64,000 nucleotides of DNA from Halobacteriovoraceae bacterium (GTDB taxonomy: Bacteria > Bdellovibrionota > Bacteriovoracia > Bacteriovoracales > Bacteriovoracaceae), in NCBI GenBank assembly GCA_963719505.1, contig CAVRCF010000003.1:356969-420968 (forward strand). Reading direction: 5' to 3'. The position numbers were made by a program, and so were the translations under genes. The notes beneath the pieces are model-generated. The model was not told the DNA's origin and ran no database searches. It was given only the letters and a program-made list of their open reading frames with translations. This document shows, one piece after another, positions 18,773 to 29,184 of the stretch (positions within the stretch are counted from its first letter, which is position 1; each line of letters opens with the position of its first letter).

Positions 18773-19903
18773 ATGAAACATTTAGTTCTTTTATTATTCA
18801 TTTTAGGTGCAAGCTTCGTTCACGCAAAAACTGTGGCAAGAGTTCTCGAAGTTGAAGGTAATGCTTTTAACTTTATGAGTTCTAAAAAAGCAAAGCAACT
18901 TATCTATGGTTCGAAAATTGAAGAAGCTTCAGTTGTTATGGTCGAAGACGGAGCCGTTGTTTCACTGAAGGATGAAGAGGGAAGAGTCTATCATCTTGGT
19001 GGAGGTTCGCAGGTAAAACTTTTTAGTAAGTTGATTGAAGTTCAAAAAGGATACCTTTGGGTTTCTTCTAAACTAAACTCAATTGGAACCATTAGTTCTG
19101 CAAATGCTGTCGTTAAATACACTCAAGGACAATTCATTTTTAATTTTGATAATTATAGATCTAAATCACAGGTTATGGCCTTAACGGGTAATGTTCAGCT
19201 CTCTAATAGTGTGGAGCCTGAACTTCTTGTTGAAATTCCAGCGGGGCACTTTTCATTTGTCGATAATAAGATTGATGAAGGTATGCCAAGGGGCGCAACC
19301 AGAGTGGGATTGAGTTCATACAAAGCCTTTAAAAGTGTCTTTGACAATAACCAAATGATTCAACACAAAAGCTTTGATAGAGCTTTTGGGGATGAGGAAG
19401 CACCAAAAAGAGCTATAGCTTCTGTTGAGCCGACTCCAAAAAGAGGGAAAATCATTTATTTTGATGAAGGGTCCTCTCGAGTTCCAGCATCAACTAAACC
19501 AGATGCTATGAGCTATTACAAAAGTGTTAAACCTTCCAAAAAAGTTGTAAAGAAAGTCAAAAAAGTAAAAATGAGGTTCTTTGGTTTCGATGATACTCCT
19601 TCAAGACAGGTGGCAAGTGTGCCGACTCCAGCATCTCACATAAAGGACTCCATTCTTAAAGAGAGACAAAGACTTCAAAATGAGATTATGCAGTTAGAGA
19701 AAAAGAAAATTGCTGCAAAGTATAAAGCTCAGATAGAGGAGAGAAGACAACCTTCGTCAGTCACCCCCTATGCTGATAAAGCAACTGCTTTTGAAAAAAG
19801 TCTAAAGAAAAGCGAGCAGCTAAATAAAAGACATTCAGATGAGAGAAACTCTCTTATTGATGAGTTGGAATCTTATAATAGAGCTTACGAGAAGCAGTAC
19901 TAA
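18773..19903 (+). CDS. Exported FecR-like domain protein with low-complexity tail
   Basis: Signal peptide; ARVLEVEGNA..LIYGSKI..VEDGAVVSL FecR-type beta pattern. Confidence 0.6.
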   Translation: MKHLVLLLFILGASFVHAKTVARVLEVEGNAFNFMSSKKAKQLIYGSKIEEASVVMVEDGAVVSLKDEEGRVYHLGGGSQVKLFSKLIEVQKGYLWVSSKLNSIGTISSANAVVKYTQGQFIFNFDNYRSKSQVMALTGNVQLSNSVEPELLVEIPAGHFSFVDNKIDEGMPRGATRVGLSSYKAFKSVFDNNQMIQHKSFDRAFGDEEAPKRAIASVEPTPKRGKIIYFDEGSSRVPASTKPDAMSYYKSVKPSKKVVKKVKKVKMRFFGFDDTPSRQVASVPTPASHIKDSILKERQRLQNEIMQLEKKKIAAKYKAQIEERRQPSSVTPYADKATAFEKSLKKSEQLNKRHSDERNSLIDELESYNRAYEKQY

Positions 19904-20022
19904 AAATACTGCTTTTACCTTACTGTCTTCGTCTACTAAAGACCCTTTCATTCTTTGTATAATTCAATCTTAAAATATGTTAAAATCTCTTCAAATAATC
20001 TCTTATATTTGAAGGAAAAATC

Positions 20023-21486
20023 ATGTTTTATTCCAAAGAACCAGGCCTTACCTATGATGATGTTTTACTCATGCCAAACTACTCAGAGATACTTCCTCAC
20101 CAAGCAATTTTAAAAACAAAATTCAGTAAAAATATTGAATTAAATATTCCCATTGCAAGTTCTGCGATGGATACAGTGACGGAGTCGAGAACGGCAATCA
20201 CCATGGCCCAAGAAGGTGGCATTGGTGTTATTCACAAAAATCTTGATATCAAAGCCCAAGCAAAAGAAGTGATGAAAGTTAAAAAGTTTGAGTCGGGAAT
20301 CATCATGGATCCTATCTGTGTCAAAGAGAATCAAACCTTAAAAGAGATAAGAAAAGTTGTTGAGAAATATCACTTCTCCGGATTTCCTGTCTTGGATGAA
20401 TCGGCAAAGGTTGTTGGGATCATAACGAATAGGGATCTTCGATACGAGCCAGATCTCACTAAGTTTGTATCAGATGTGATGACGGGCATCGATAAACTTG
20501 TAACAGCTCCCGAGGGAGTAACTTTAGATGAGGCCAAAAAGATTCTTCATACTCATCGAATTGAAAAACTTCCTATTGTTCATTCATCGGGAACTTTAAT
20601 AGGTCTTGTGACAGTTAAAGATATTGAAAAGTCGATTGCTTATCCAAATGCGAATAAAGATAAGCTTGGGCGCCTAAGAGTTGCTGCAGCAATTGGTGTG
20701 GGTGATAGAGAGTTAGAAAGAGCTCGAGCTCTCGTTGAAGCCGAGGTGGACGCGATTTTAATTGATACAGCTCATGGTCACTCCAAAGGAGTGATTGAAA
20801 TGGTTAAAAAAGTAAAGGCAATCTCAGAAGCTGTGGACGTCATTGCTGGAAATGTGGCGACAAAAGCGGGGTGCGAAGACTTGATTAAAGCTGGAGCCGA
20901 TGGAATAAAAGTTGGTATCGGTCCTGGAAGTATATGTACCACGCGAGTGATTGCGGGAATTGGAGTTCCTCAACTTCAAGCTCTTCTTGATTGTAAAGAT
21001 ATCTGTCACGAAAAGGGTGTACCCTTTATTGCTGATGGGGGAATTAAATATTCGGGCGACATTGTCAAAGCTCTCGCTGCAGGGGCCAGCACCGTTATGA
21101 TTGGATCTCTTTTTGCTGGGACTGATGAAGCTCCAGGAGAGAGAGTCATTTACCAAGGTCGAGCTTACAAAATGTATCGTGGTATGGGTTCTATGGGGGC
21201 GATGGTTAGAGGCTCAAAAGATCGTTATGGGCAAGGTAGTGTGACGGAAGATAATAAACTTGTTCCAGAAGGAATTGAAGGACAGGTGCCATTTAGAGGA
21301 TCACTTTCAGAGAATGTTTATCAACTTCTTGGTGGTGTAAGGTCTGGAATGGGTTATACCGGAGCTAAAACTCTTGAAGAACTAAGAGAGAAGGGGCAAT
21401 TTGTCAAAATTTCTCCGGCAGGTTTAAAAGAGAGTCACCCTCATGATGTGACAATAACAAAAGAAGCTCCTAATTACAGAAGTTAA
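20023..21486 (+). CDS. guaB: IMP dehydrogenase
   Basis: [19 protein letters not shown] pair, [24 protein letters not shown]. Confidence 0.98.
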   Translation: MFYSKEPGLTYDDVLLMPNYSEILPHQAILKTKFSKNIELNIPIASSAMDTVTESRTAITMAQEGGIGVIHKNLDIKAQAKEVMKVKKFESGIIMDPICVKENQTLKEIRKVVEKYHFSGFPVLDESAKVVGIITNRDLRYEPDLTKFVSDVMTGIDKLVTAPEGVTLDEAKKILHTHRIEKLPIVHSSGTLIGLVTVKDIEKSIAYPNANKDKLGRLRVAAAIGVGDRELERARALVEAEVDAILIDTAHGHSKGVIEMVKKVKAISEAVDVIAGNVATKAGCEDLIKAGADGIKVGIGPGSICTTRVIAGIGVPQLQALLDCKDICHEKGVPFIADGGIKYSGDIVKALAAGASTVMIGSLFAGTDEAPGERVIYQGRAYKMYRGMGSMGAMVRGSKDRYGQGSVTEDNKLVPEGIEGQVPFRGSLSENVYQLLGGVRSGMGYTGAKTLEELREKGQFVKISPAGLKESHPHDVTITKEAPNYRS

Positions 21487-21511
21487 AACAAAAAATTAAA
21501 AAGGAAATTAA

Positions 21512-23053
21512 ATGGATATCTGGATTGTAGACTTTGGATCTCAATACACTCAACTCATTACAAGAAAATCAAGAGAGCTTGGTTATTCAAGTGTTATTGT
21601 GACCTACGACAATGCTATTGAGAGACTTGATGCCGGAGAAAAACCAATGGGATTTATTCTCTCTGGTGGTCCACAGTCAGTCTTTGAAGATAAGTCAGAC
21701 TATTCAAAAATACTAGATAGCAAGCTTCCGGTTTTGGGAATTTGTTATGGAATGCAAATCATCGCCCAGTACTTTGATGGGAAAGTTGAAAGAGGTCTTC
21801 AAGGTGAGTATGGACATGCTGAGGTTTCCGCTGAAAGTGATTTTGATTTTCCTAAGATGCCGAAAAAGTTTAACGTATGGATGAGTCACTTTGATCATGT
21901 TGTTAACCCTCCAAGTGGGTTTAAAGTTATTCTTAGATCAAATAATAATCTTATCTCTGCAATTCGAGATAAAGATAGAAAAATAATGGCCTTACAGTTT
22001 CATCCGGAAGTTAACCATACAGAATTTGGAAATGAAATTCTAAGTTACTTCTTTGAAGAGGTCGCACAGCTTAAAAGTAACTGGTCAAATGATAAAATGC
22101 TTGAAGGATGTATTGCAGAAGTTCAAGAGGTAAAAGGCCATAAGGTTCTTTGTGCCTTCTCTGGTGGTGTCGACTCTTTGGTTGCGGCTACAATTGCCCA
22201 TGATGTACTAGGAGACGACCTTTACTGTTTCTTTGTCGACAATGGACTTTTAAGACCTCAAGATTATCATCATATTGAGCTTCTTAAAAAAGAGACACCA
22301 CTGAATATTGAAGTCATAGATGCGAAGCAATTATTCTATGATCGCTTGGCAGGGCTTGGCGATCCAGAAGATAAAAGAAAGGCCATTGGAAAAACTTTTA
22401 TCGAAGTCTTCGAAAAGAAAGTTCACGACTTTGAATCTAGTCATAATTTTAAATTTAGCTATCTTCTCCAAGGAACGTTGTATCCAGATGTTATAGAATC
22501 TATTTCTCCTCATAAAAAAGGAGGGAAGTCTGTGACGATAAAGTCTCACCATAATGTGGGAGGTCTTCCAGAGAGAATGAATCTGAAACTTTTAGAGCCT
22601 CTAAAATTTCTTTTTAAAGATGAAGTAAGAAGGTTAGGAGAGTCAGTTTCTCTTCATCATGATTGGGTTTATAGACATCCTTTTCCGGGACCTGGAATCG
22701 GAATTAGAGTTCTTGGTGAAATAAAACCTCATTACGTAAAGATGGTTCAAGACTCTGATCAAATTCTTTTTGAGGAACTCAAGGAATCTGGATTTTACGA
22801 AGCTTGTTGGCAAGCTTTCACAGTCCTACTTCCCGTTAAAACTGTTGGAGTAAAAGGTGATGCCAGAGCCTATGAAGAAGTCATCTGTGTGAGGATAGTG
22901 AACTCAACGGATGGAATGACGGCCACATGGACAGATTTCTCTCATGCTTTTCTTTCGAAAGTATCCAATAGAATTACGAATGAAGTCGCCGGTATTACAA
23001 GAGTTGTTTATGATATCACCAGCAAACCTCCCGGCACTATCGAGTGGGAGTAG
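21512..23053 (+). CDS. guaA: GMP synthase (glutamine-hydrolysing)
   Basis: DFGSQY, GICYGMQ, QFHPEV, SGGVDS, IKSHHNVGG, KPPGTIEWE. Confidence 0.98.
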   Translation: MDIWIVDFGSQYTQLITRKSRELGYSSVIVTYDNAIERLDAGEKPMGFILSGGPQSVFEDKSDYSKILDSKLPVLGICYGMQIIAQYFDGKVERGLQGEYGHAEVSAESDFDFPKMPKKFNVWMSHFDHVVNPPSGFKVILRSNNNLISAIRDKDRKIMALQFHPEVNHTEFGNEILSYFFEEVAQLKSNWSNDKMLEGCIAEVQEVKGHKVLCAFSGGVDSLVAATIAHDVLGDDLYCFFVDNGLLRPQDYHHIELLKKETPLNIEVIDAKQLFYDRLAGLGDPEDKRKAIGKTFIEVFEKKVHDFESSHNFKFSYLLQGTLYPDVIESISPHKKGGKSVTIKSHHNVGGLPERMNLKLLEPLKFLFKDEVRRLGESVSLHHDWVYRHPFPGPGIGIRVLGEIKPHYVKMVQDSDQILFEELKESGFYEACWQAFTVLLPVKTVGVKGDARAYEEVICVRIVNSTDGMTATWTDFSHAFLSKVSNRITNEVAGITRVVYDITSKPPGTIEWE

Positions 23054-23203
23054 TTTTGCAAACTTTTAGAGCCTATCCTTTTGGGCTTTAAGCTTCTAAG
23101 TGGCTGTTATTAATAGCGGATGTTAAGTAATAGAAAAAGATTCCATGTATTTCACTATACTTATAAATGATAATATTAAAGAGGAACTTTACTGGGAGTC
23201 TGC

Positions 23204-24582
23204 GTGCAAAAATTAACAATATTTTTAATTTTTCTTTCTTTTTTTAGCGGCAATTCATTTGCTGAAGACGGTAACTATCAGTGCGCAGCAGGGGACCTCA
23301 CTGTAGATGTTAGTAATATGACTGAGGTCCTAAGTAATATTACCCCTGATGCTTGTAATGAAACTTCAAATGATGTTGATTTAATAAATATGATGAAGTG
23401 TGTGCCTCTAGCTATGGAGATGTACGACAAAAATGAAGAAGTCCTCAAAGAATGTGAGGGTGTATCTAAGTCTTACTATTTTTCGGGATTAATGAGAAGT
23501 TTAATTGGACCCAAATATCCTGGCAGAGAGGATCTAAAAGATGAAAAGTCTTCAATTGTCGACTTTATGCATATGGATGGTTTAGCTGCAACAACATCGA
23601 AAAAGCAGATTACTGAAGAGTTAACTCGAAATATTTTACAATTTGCTGGAAAAACGAACTGTCCCATTTACAGAATCAAAGTTGAAAGAAAGTACGATAT
23701 GCCTCTTATTGTCGATTCTATAAAAATTGGTGATCGCTCTTCTCAGATGGACGTGTTATCAGAGACGAATTAATCCGTCGGAAGCAGAGGGCTTTATAGA
23801 GCCCCTGAATGAGTCATTAGAAAGTGAAGAAACTAAGGAGAAGACAATTCGTTCTAAAGATGCAAGAGCGTTTTACCAGAAAGTATGGGCAAACAATTTG
23901 GGCATCAGGTGTATCTCAATCGACTTGTTCGACAAAAGTTGTAAAGGACAATCCAAGATACTATCGAAGAGCAACTTTACCGGCACCCACATGTAGTGGA
24001 AGAGTTACAATTAATTTTAAAAATGACTCAGCAGAAATTTCGAGCTCTAATTTGTCTGAATTGATGACTTCAGATGAATACACTAAGCTAAGAACTTGTA
24101 TCAATAAGTTTGAAGCCCAGAAACTTGAAGTAAAGCATATAAGAATAAACGGTTCTGCCAACAGATTTACGGGTAAAAATATTCCTGGGCAAATGAGTGA
24201 GGCCACAGCTCTAAATAAAGATCTAGCTTTAAGAAGGGCAGAAAGTACAAAAGATAAAGTTATTGGAGATCTTCTGGGAGCTAATTTGCTTAGCAAGTTT
24301 ACGGATTCAGGAAAGAAGATAACAGTTCTAGCATCGGGAACTCATGGCGATGGAACATCAGGTCCATGTCCTTATTCAACAGATATTGATAGTAACGGCT
24401 TTTACAAAGTCAAAGAAGAATTTAAGGATAAGGATTCTTTAGAGAAATATAGATATGCTTCAATCGATGTTGTCTTTGAAGATTTGCCAGCGAGACAATT
24501 AACGACCGAAGAAAAAAGTAAAGAGTGGAGAGCTATTCAAGCTAGAGTTGGGTGCCGATCTTATACTGTAAAGTGTCAGTAA
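23204..24582 (+). pseudogene. Exported Cys-rich protein with a degenerate C-terminal OmpA-like domain, split over three frames
   Basis: Signal peptide in the first ORF; consecutive overlapping ORFs; INFKNDSAEI..INGSANR..NKDLALRRAES..YRYASI resemble OmpA_C. Confidence 0.5.
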
Positions 24583-24585
24583 TAA

Positions 24586-25257
24586 CTAGTCGTAAGTGAT
24601 TGGATCAACAACTCCAGCTTCTTTAAATCCTCTCAGGCGTAGTGCACATGAGTCGCACTCGCCACAAGCCTTATCAGCTCGGGCATAGCAAGACCAAGTC
24701 ATTTCAAGTGGGGCTTTATGGTCCATGGCCAGTTTAACAATTTCTGATTTTTTCATCATGATAACAGGAGTCTCAACTTTGATGTCTCCATCTTTTGTAC
24801 CCTGTTTTATAAGTTCATTATACGCCTCATAATACTGAGGACGACAATCTGGATAGCCAGGAGAGTCTTCATAGTTTGCCCCGATATAAATTTTCTTGGC
24901 CCCAATTACTTCAGCCACAGACACGGCCATGGCAATGATATGAGTGTTTCTAAAAGGAACATAACTTGAAGGAATTAAGTCAGAGTCACCGGCAAACTTT
25001 GAGACTTCGATTCTTCCATCCGTAAGAGAGCTTCCTCCTATTTGAGAGAGAAAATTCATATCTATAATCTTTTGATGATTTTTATCGACACCATAGAAAT
25101 CTGCAATCTTATCAAAGCATTCTCTTTCTTTGTGAGAAGTTTTTTGACCGTAGTTTAGGTGAAGAAAGGTTAGCGACTTATGGTTCTCATTCGCTACTGC
25201 GGCGACGGCTAAAGAGTCCATCCCTCCACTTACAAGAACAATCGCGTGATCACTCAT
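24586..25257 (-). CDS. queC: 7-cyano-7-deazaguanine synthase
   Basis: SGGMDS, YGQK, YVPFRN, GYPDCRP, TWSCY..CGECDSC. Confidence 0.96.
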   Translation of the reverse strand: MSDHAIVLVSGGMDSLAVAAVANENHKSLTFLHLNYGQKTSHKERECFDKIADFYGVDKNHQKIIDMNFLSQIGGSSLTDGRIEVSKFAGDSDLIPSSYVPFRNTHIIAMAVSVAEVIGAKKIYIGANYEDSPGYPDCRPQYYEAYNELIKQGTKDGDIKVETPVIMMKKSEIVKLAMDHKAPLEMTWSCYARADKACGECDSCALRLRGFKEAGVVDPITYD

Positions 25258-27029
25258 TATAAAGCCTCAATTGTCTTATTAATAAAACTCTCAATTGTCT
25301 CTATTCTTTCTTGAGCTTTTTCTTTTTTAGACTTTAAATCTCCTTCAGAGATTTTAATCATCGTGTAAAACTTTATCTTAGGCTCAGTACCAGATGGCCT
25401 TAAAAAGAGTTGGTTTCCAGATTCAAATTTAAATCCTAGAACATTACTTTTTGTCATCTCTATCTCAGACTCAGAGTTCGTTTTAAGATTTTTTTCTTTT
25501 TGAGTTTCAAAGTCCTGAAAGACTTCAGTGACTTCATCCGCTATTTGTTCTTTAAAGTTTTCTCTAAAGTAAGCCATAATATTATCTATTTTTTCTTTGC
25601 CGGCGATACCTTCATAAGTGTTTGCGATGAGGCTTTCTTGGGCGTACCCATGTTCTTCGTAGATTGAATCGAGGGCATCGACCAATGTTTTCCCATTGAG
25701 TTTATGAAAAAGTGTTATTTCATTCATCATGGCCATCGCACCGACAGCATCTTTATCTCTGGCTTTATCGTGAGTCATATAACCAAAAGACTCTTCACTT
25801 GCAAAAACAAAATTATAGTCCGTTCCAGCCTCTTGAAGATCTCTCCACTTTCTGGCCATCCATTTGAAACCCGTAAGAGTATCAACTACTGTACCGCCAA
25901 AAGATTCAACGATGTTATTTTGAAGACCACTTGTCACAATACTTTTTAAAACAAGTGGATTAGCAGGTAGTTTATTTTGTTTTTTCAATTCACTAAAAAT
26001 ATAATCAATCATTAAAAAGGCGATTTGGTTTCCGTTAAGGTATTCGGGTGCTCCTTTGTGATTAACAACAACACCGAGTCTATCTCCGTCGGGATCAGTC
26101 CCGTAGGCCACGTCAGCATTAATCGCCATCATTTTATCTACTGCAAACTTTAAGGCTTTAGGATCTTCTGGGTTTGGAGTTGTTTCAACTGTTGTGAAGT
26201 TTCCATCAAAAACAGCTTGATCGGGAATAATATGGAAATTTTCAAAACCTAGTCTCTTACTGATCGTCTTACAAGGAATGAAACCCGTTCCGTGAAGAGG
26301 AGTGTAGACAAAGCTTGCTGCTTTTGGGTTGTCTTTAATCATCTTAGGATTTATTGAAATTTCTTCAATCATCTTATAGAAAGATTCGTTAACTTCTTCA
26401 CCGATCCATTCAATCATATTTTCTTTTACAGCTTGATTGAAATCCATTGTTTTTACTTGATTCCAGTCGTTGATTGCCTCGTATGATTCAATAATATTTC
26501 CATCTTCTGGAGGTGTAACCTGTGAGCCATCAGACCAGTAGGCTTTAAAACCGTTATAAGCTTTGGGATTGTGACTTGCTGTTATCATAACACCACAGAT
26601 ACAGTCATAATATCTAACGGCATAGGAGAGCATTGGAGTAGGAGTTAAATCAGAGAAAATATAGGCTTTTATTCCGTTGGCCGCAAATACTGTTGCCACT
26701 TCTTTTGCAAATTCGAAAGAGAAGTTTCGACAATCATAAGACACTGAAGCTTTTGGGTTTTTAGGGTTACTAGCGAGAGCAACATTGGCCATTGCCTGAA
26801 CGGCTTTTCTCACATTGTATTTATTTATTCTATTTGAGCCCATTCCAATAATAGAGCGAAGCCCACCTGTTCCAAACTCAAGATTTTTATAAAATCTATC
26901 AGTGATCTCCTCTTCTTCGATAGCATAGTCTTTTAAGAGGGAAGTTATCTCATTCCTATCATCTTCATCGATGTACTGATCATTTGCCCAAGTTTTTGCA
27001 AGTTTTAACGCTGTTTCTTTCATATACAA
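25257..27029 (-). CDS. Phosphoglucomutase/phosphomannomutase
   Basis: FGTGGLR, ITASHNP, DPDGDR, TLTGFK, EESFG, RPSGTEPKIK. Confidence 0.93.
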   Translation of the reverse strand: MYMKETALKLAKTWANDQYIDEDDRNEITSLLKDYAIEEEEITDRFYKNLEFGTGGLRSIIGMGSNRINKYNVRKAVQAMANVALASNPKNPKASVSYDCRNFSFEFAKEVATVFAANGIKAYIFSDLTPTPMLSYAVRYYDCICGVMITASHNPKAYNGFKAYWSDGSQVTPPEDGNIIESYEAINDWNQVKTMDFNQAVKENMIEWIGEEVNESFYKMIEEISINPKMIKDNPKAASFVYTPLHGTGFIPCKTISKRLGFENFHIIPDQAVFDGNFTTVETTPNPEDPKALKFAVDKMMAINADVAYGTDPDGDRLGVVVNHKGAPEYLNGNQIAFLMIDYIFSELKKQNKLPANPLVLKSIVTSGLQNNIVESFGGTVVDTLTGFKWMARKWRDLQEAGTDYNFVFASEESFGYMTHDKARDKDAVGAMAMMNEITLFHKLNGKTLVDALDSIYEEHGYAQESLIANTYEGIAGKEKIDNIMAYFRENFKEQIADEVTEVFQDFETQKEKNLKTNSESEIEMTKSNVLGFKFESGNQLFLRPSGTEPKIKFYTMIKISEGDLKSKKEKAQERIETIESFINKTIEAL

Positions 27030-27082
27030 ATTAGCCTTTTTTAAGTATTATAAATCCTCAAATATGAGTGTGGAGGAAATAA

Positions 27083-27337
27083 ATGTCAAATAAAGAGATG
27101 AAGCATCCAAAGAATATACCTGGAAGGTTTTACTGTACAGACCCAGATGATGAAAATGGAGAAGGATGCATTGCGTGTAACGTTTGCTACAACGGAGCTC
27201 CGGACTTTTACGCTGAGGATGAGGACGGAAATGCCTACATCTATAAGCAACCAGAGACAGAAGATGAAATTGAGATGTGTATAGAACAAATGGAAGCCTG
27301 TCCAGTAGGGTCTATCGGCGATGATGGTAAAGAATAG
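27083..27337 (+). CDS. Single-cluster ferredoxin
   Basis: CIACNVC...CPVGSI, acidic; GGAGG RBS. Confidence 0.9.
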   Translation: MSNKEMKHPKNIPGRFYCTDPDDENGEGCIACNVCYNGAPDFYAEDEDGNAYIYKQPETEDEIEMCIEQMEACPVGSIGDDGKE

Positions 27338-27359
27338 CAACCATTTATATTGATCATTT

Positions 27360-27390
27360 AAAAACTCCCAGAAATAGGGAGTTTTTTTTT
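27360..27390 (+). terminator. Intrinsic terminator
   Basis: AAAACTCCC-agaaata-GGGAGTTTT plus T-run. Confidence 0.85.
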
Positions 27391-27456
27391 GCTAGAAATT
27401 CCTTGTATTTAGACTAAACTATAACGACTTATTAATAATTTACCCCGGAGTATAAT

Positions 27457-28740
27457 ATGGATCCAACGCCGATCGAAATATTAGCCACTGTGTTATTCGC
27501 ACTTGCTGTGCTGCACACATTTTTAGTCAAAAAATTTGAAGAAATTGCACACAAGTATCCAAATGGATCAATTGGTGAGAATACTTTCCATTTTCTTGGA
27601 GAAGTAGAAGCCGTTTTTGGTATGTGGGCTGCAGTCTTAGTTCTTTCAATTATGGCTTATAGTGGTGGGGGAGCTGGGATAACATTTCTTGAGTCTCTTA
27701 ACTTTACTGAGCCTGGATTTGTTTTTGTTATTATGGCCATGGCGGGTACTAGACCTGTTATTAAGTTTGCAGAATCATTGATTATCGCTTTTTCAAAAAT
27801 TTTTCCCTACGATGAAAAAAGATCTTTTTTTATGTCAGCGATGATCTTTGGACCTCTATTAGGATCTTTTATTACTGAACCAGCGGCGATGACAGTTACC
27901 GCTCTCATCTTACAAAAGAACTTTTATTCCAAACCAGATATGTCTATGAAGTTTAAGTATGCCACTTTGGGTCTTCTTTTTGTGAACATCTCCATTGGTG
28001 GAACTCTTTCTCACTTTGCAGCACCACCAGTTTTAATGGTTGCAGGAAAATGGGGATGGGGCTTTAGTCATATGTTTATGCACTTTGGATACAAAGCAGC
28101 TATTGCGATTGTTATCTGTACTTTTGTTATCTCAGCGATTTATAAAAAAGAGCTTGTTGGGCAGTTTTTATTGAGAGAAGAAACTGGAGAGAAGATGCAT
28201 CCGACTTGGTGGATCACTTTAACTCACCTTGTCTTTCTTGCACTAGTTGTTTTAACGGCTCACCATATGATTGTCTTTTTTGCTATTTTTCTTTTCTTTT
28301 TAGGCTTCACGTCGGTAACTCAAGAATATCAAGACTCTGTAAAACTAAAAGAATCTCTCCTTGTTGGGTTTTTCTTAGGTGGTTTAGTCACTTTGGGCTC
28401 ACTTCAAGCTTGGTGGTTAAAACCTGTTTTAAGTGCACTTGGGGATATACCTCTTTACCTAGGAGCGACTGGACTTACGGGTATCACAGATAATGCGGCT
28501 TTGACCTACCTTGGATCACTTGTTGATTTATCGGATGCTAAAAAGTACTACCTCGTTGCCGGTGCTGTAACTGGTGGTGGTTTAACTGTCATCGCGAATG
28601 CTCCAAACCCTGCCGGGTTTGGTATATTAAAACAAAACTTTGGAGAAGACGGAATTAGTCCTCTAGGACTTCTAAAAGCCGCTTTATTTCCAACTTTTAT
28701 TGCCTTATTAGCATTTTACTTTCTAGGTCCTAAATTCTAG
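27457..28740 (+). CDS. Putative Na+/H+ antiporter (DUF1504 family)
   Basis: Polytopic; HFLGEVEAVFG, GSFITEPAAMT, TDNAALTYL, GGGLTVIANAPNPAG. Confidence 0.85.
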   Translation: MDPTPIEILATVLFALAVLHTFLVKKFEEIAHKYPNGSIGENTFHFLGEVEAVFGMWAAVLVLSIMAYSGGGAGITFLESLNFTEPGFVFVIMAMAGTRPVIKFAESLIIAFSKIFPYDEKRSFFMSAMIFGPLLGSFITEPAAMTVTALILQKNFYSKPDMSMKFKYATLGLLFVNISIGGTLSHFAAPPVLMVAGKWGWGFSHMFMHFGYKAAIAIVICTFVISAIYKKELVGQFLLREETGEKMHPTWWITLTHLVFLALVVLTAHHMIVFFAIFLFFLGFTSVTQEYQDSVKLKESLLVGFFLGGLVTLGSLQAWWLKPVLSALGDIPLYLGATGLTGITDNAALTYLGSLVDLSDAKKYYLVAGAVTGGGLTVIANAPNPAGFGILKQNFGEDGISPLGLLKAALFPTFIALLAFYFLGPKF

Positions 28741-28749
28741 TCATTATAG

Positions 28750-28778
28750 TTAAACCCAAGTGTAATGCTTGGGTTTAA
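28750..28778 (+). terminator. Probable intrinsic terminator
   Basis: TTAAACCCAAG..CTTGGGTTTAA inverted repeat followed by a T-rich tract. Confidence 0.7.
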
Positions 28779-28869
28779 TTTTATCATAACCTACCAATTG
28801 TTAAGTTTTATTTTCCGCCTTTCGACTAGAATGTAGTTTGAGCTACAATAGAGAAAACGGAGTTTCTTT

Positions 28870-29184
28870 TTGAAAATATTCTTCATCTTACTATTCAGTT
28901 TACCTGTTTTTTCGTCGACGTTTGATAACGATTTTGACGGATACAGCTCAAAGGTAATGATAAATCAAACCAGAGATGCCCTTTTGAGTTACTCTTTCAT
29001 TAAAGAGCGCTCCCAAAAACTAACAAAAGACTTTCAAGAAAAAGTTTTAGGTGATTACGCTGACAAGATCCTTCTTATCGCTCCGTTTATATTGGGAGAA
29101 GTTGAAATAAACTCGAACGATGTTCGATTCTACGTCAATGCTAAAAAAGAGAAAGGTGGAGTCGAGTATGTCTATAATTTCTAA
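28870..29184 (+). CDS. Small exported hypothetical protein
   Basis: Signal peptide; C-terminal aromatic beta-signal-like end (VEYVYNF). Confidence 0.55.
   Translation: MKIFFILLFSLPVFSSTFDNDFDGYSSKVMINQTRDALLSYSFIKERSQKLTKDFQEKVLGDYADKILLIAPFILGEVEINSNDVRFYVNAKKEKGGVEYVYNF

Noticed and set aside
23054-23203. Integrative element at the guaA 3' end
   Set aside because: No integrase, and no repeat of the guaA end seen in the window
27086-27340. Antisense ORF over the ferredoxin, and other short nested ORFs in the track
   Set aside because: Fully overlap well-supported genes and carry no recognisable motifs
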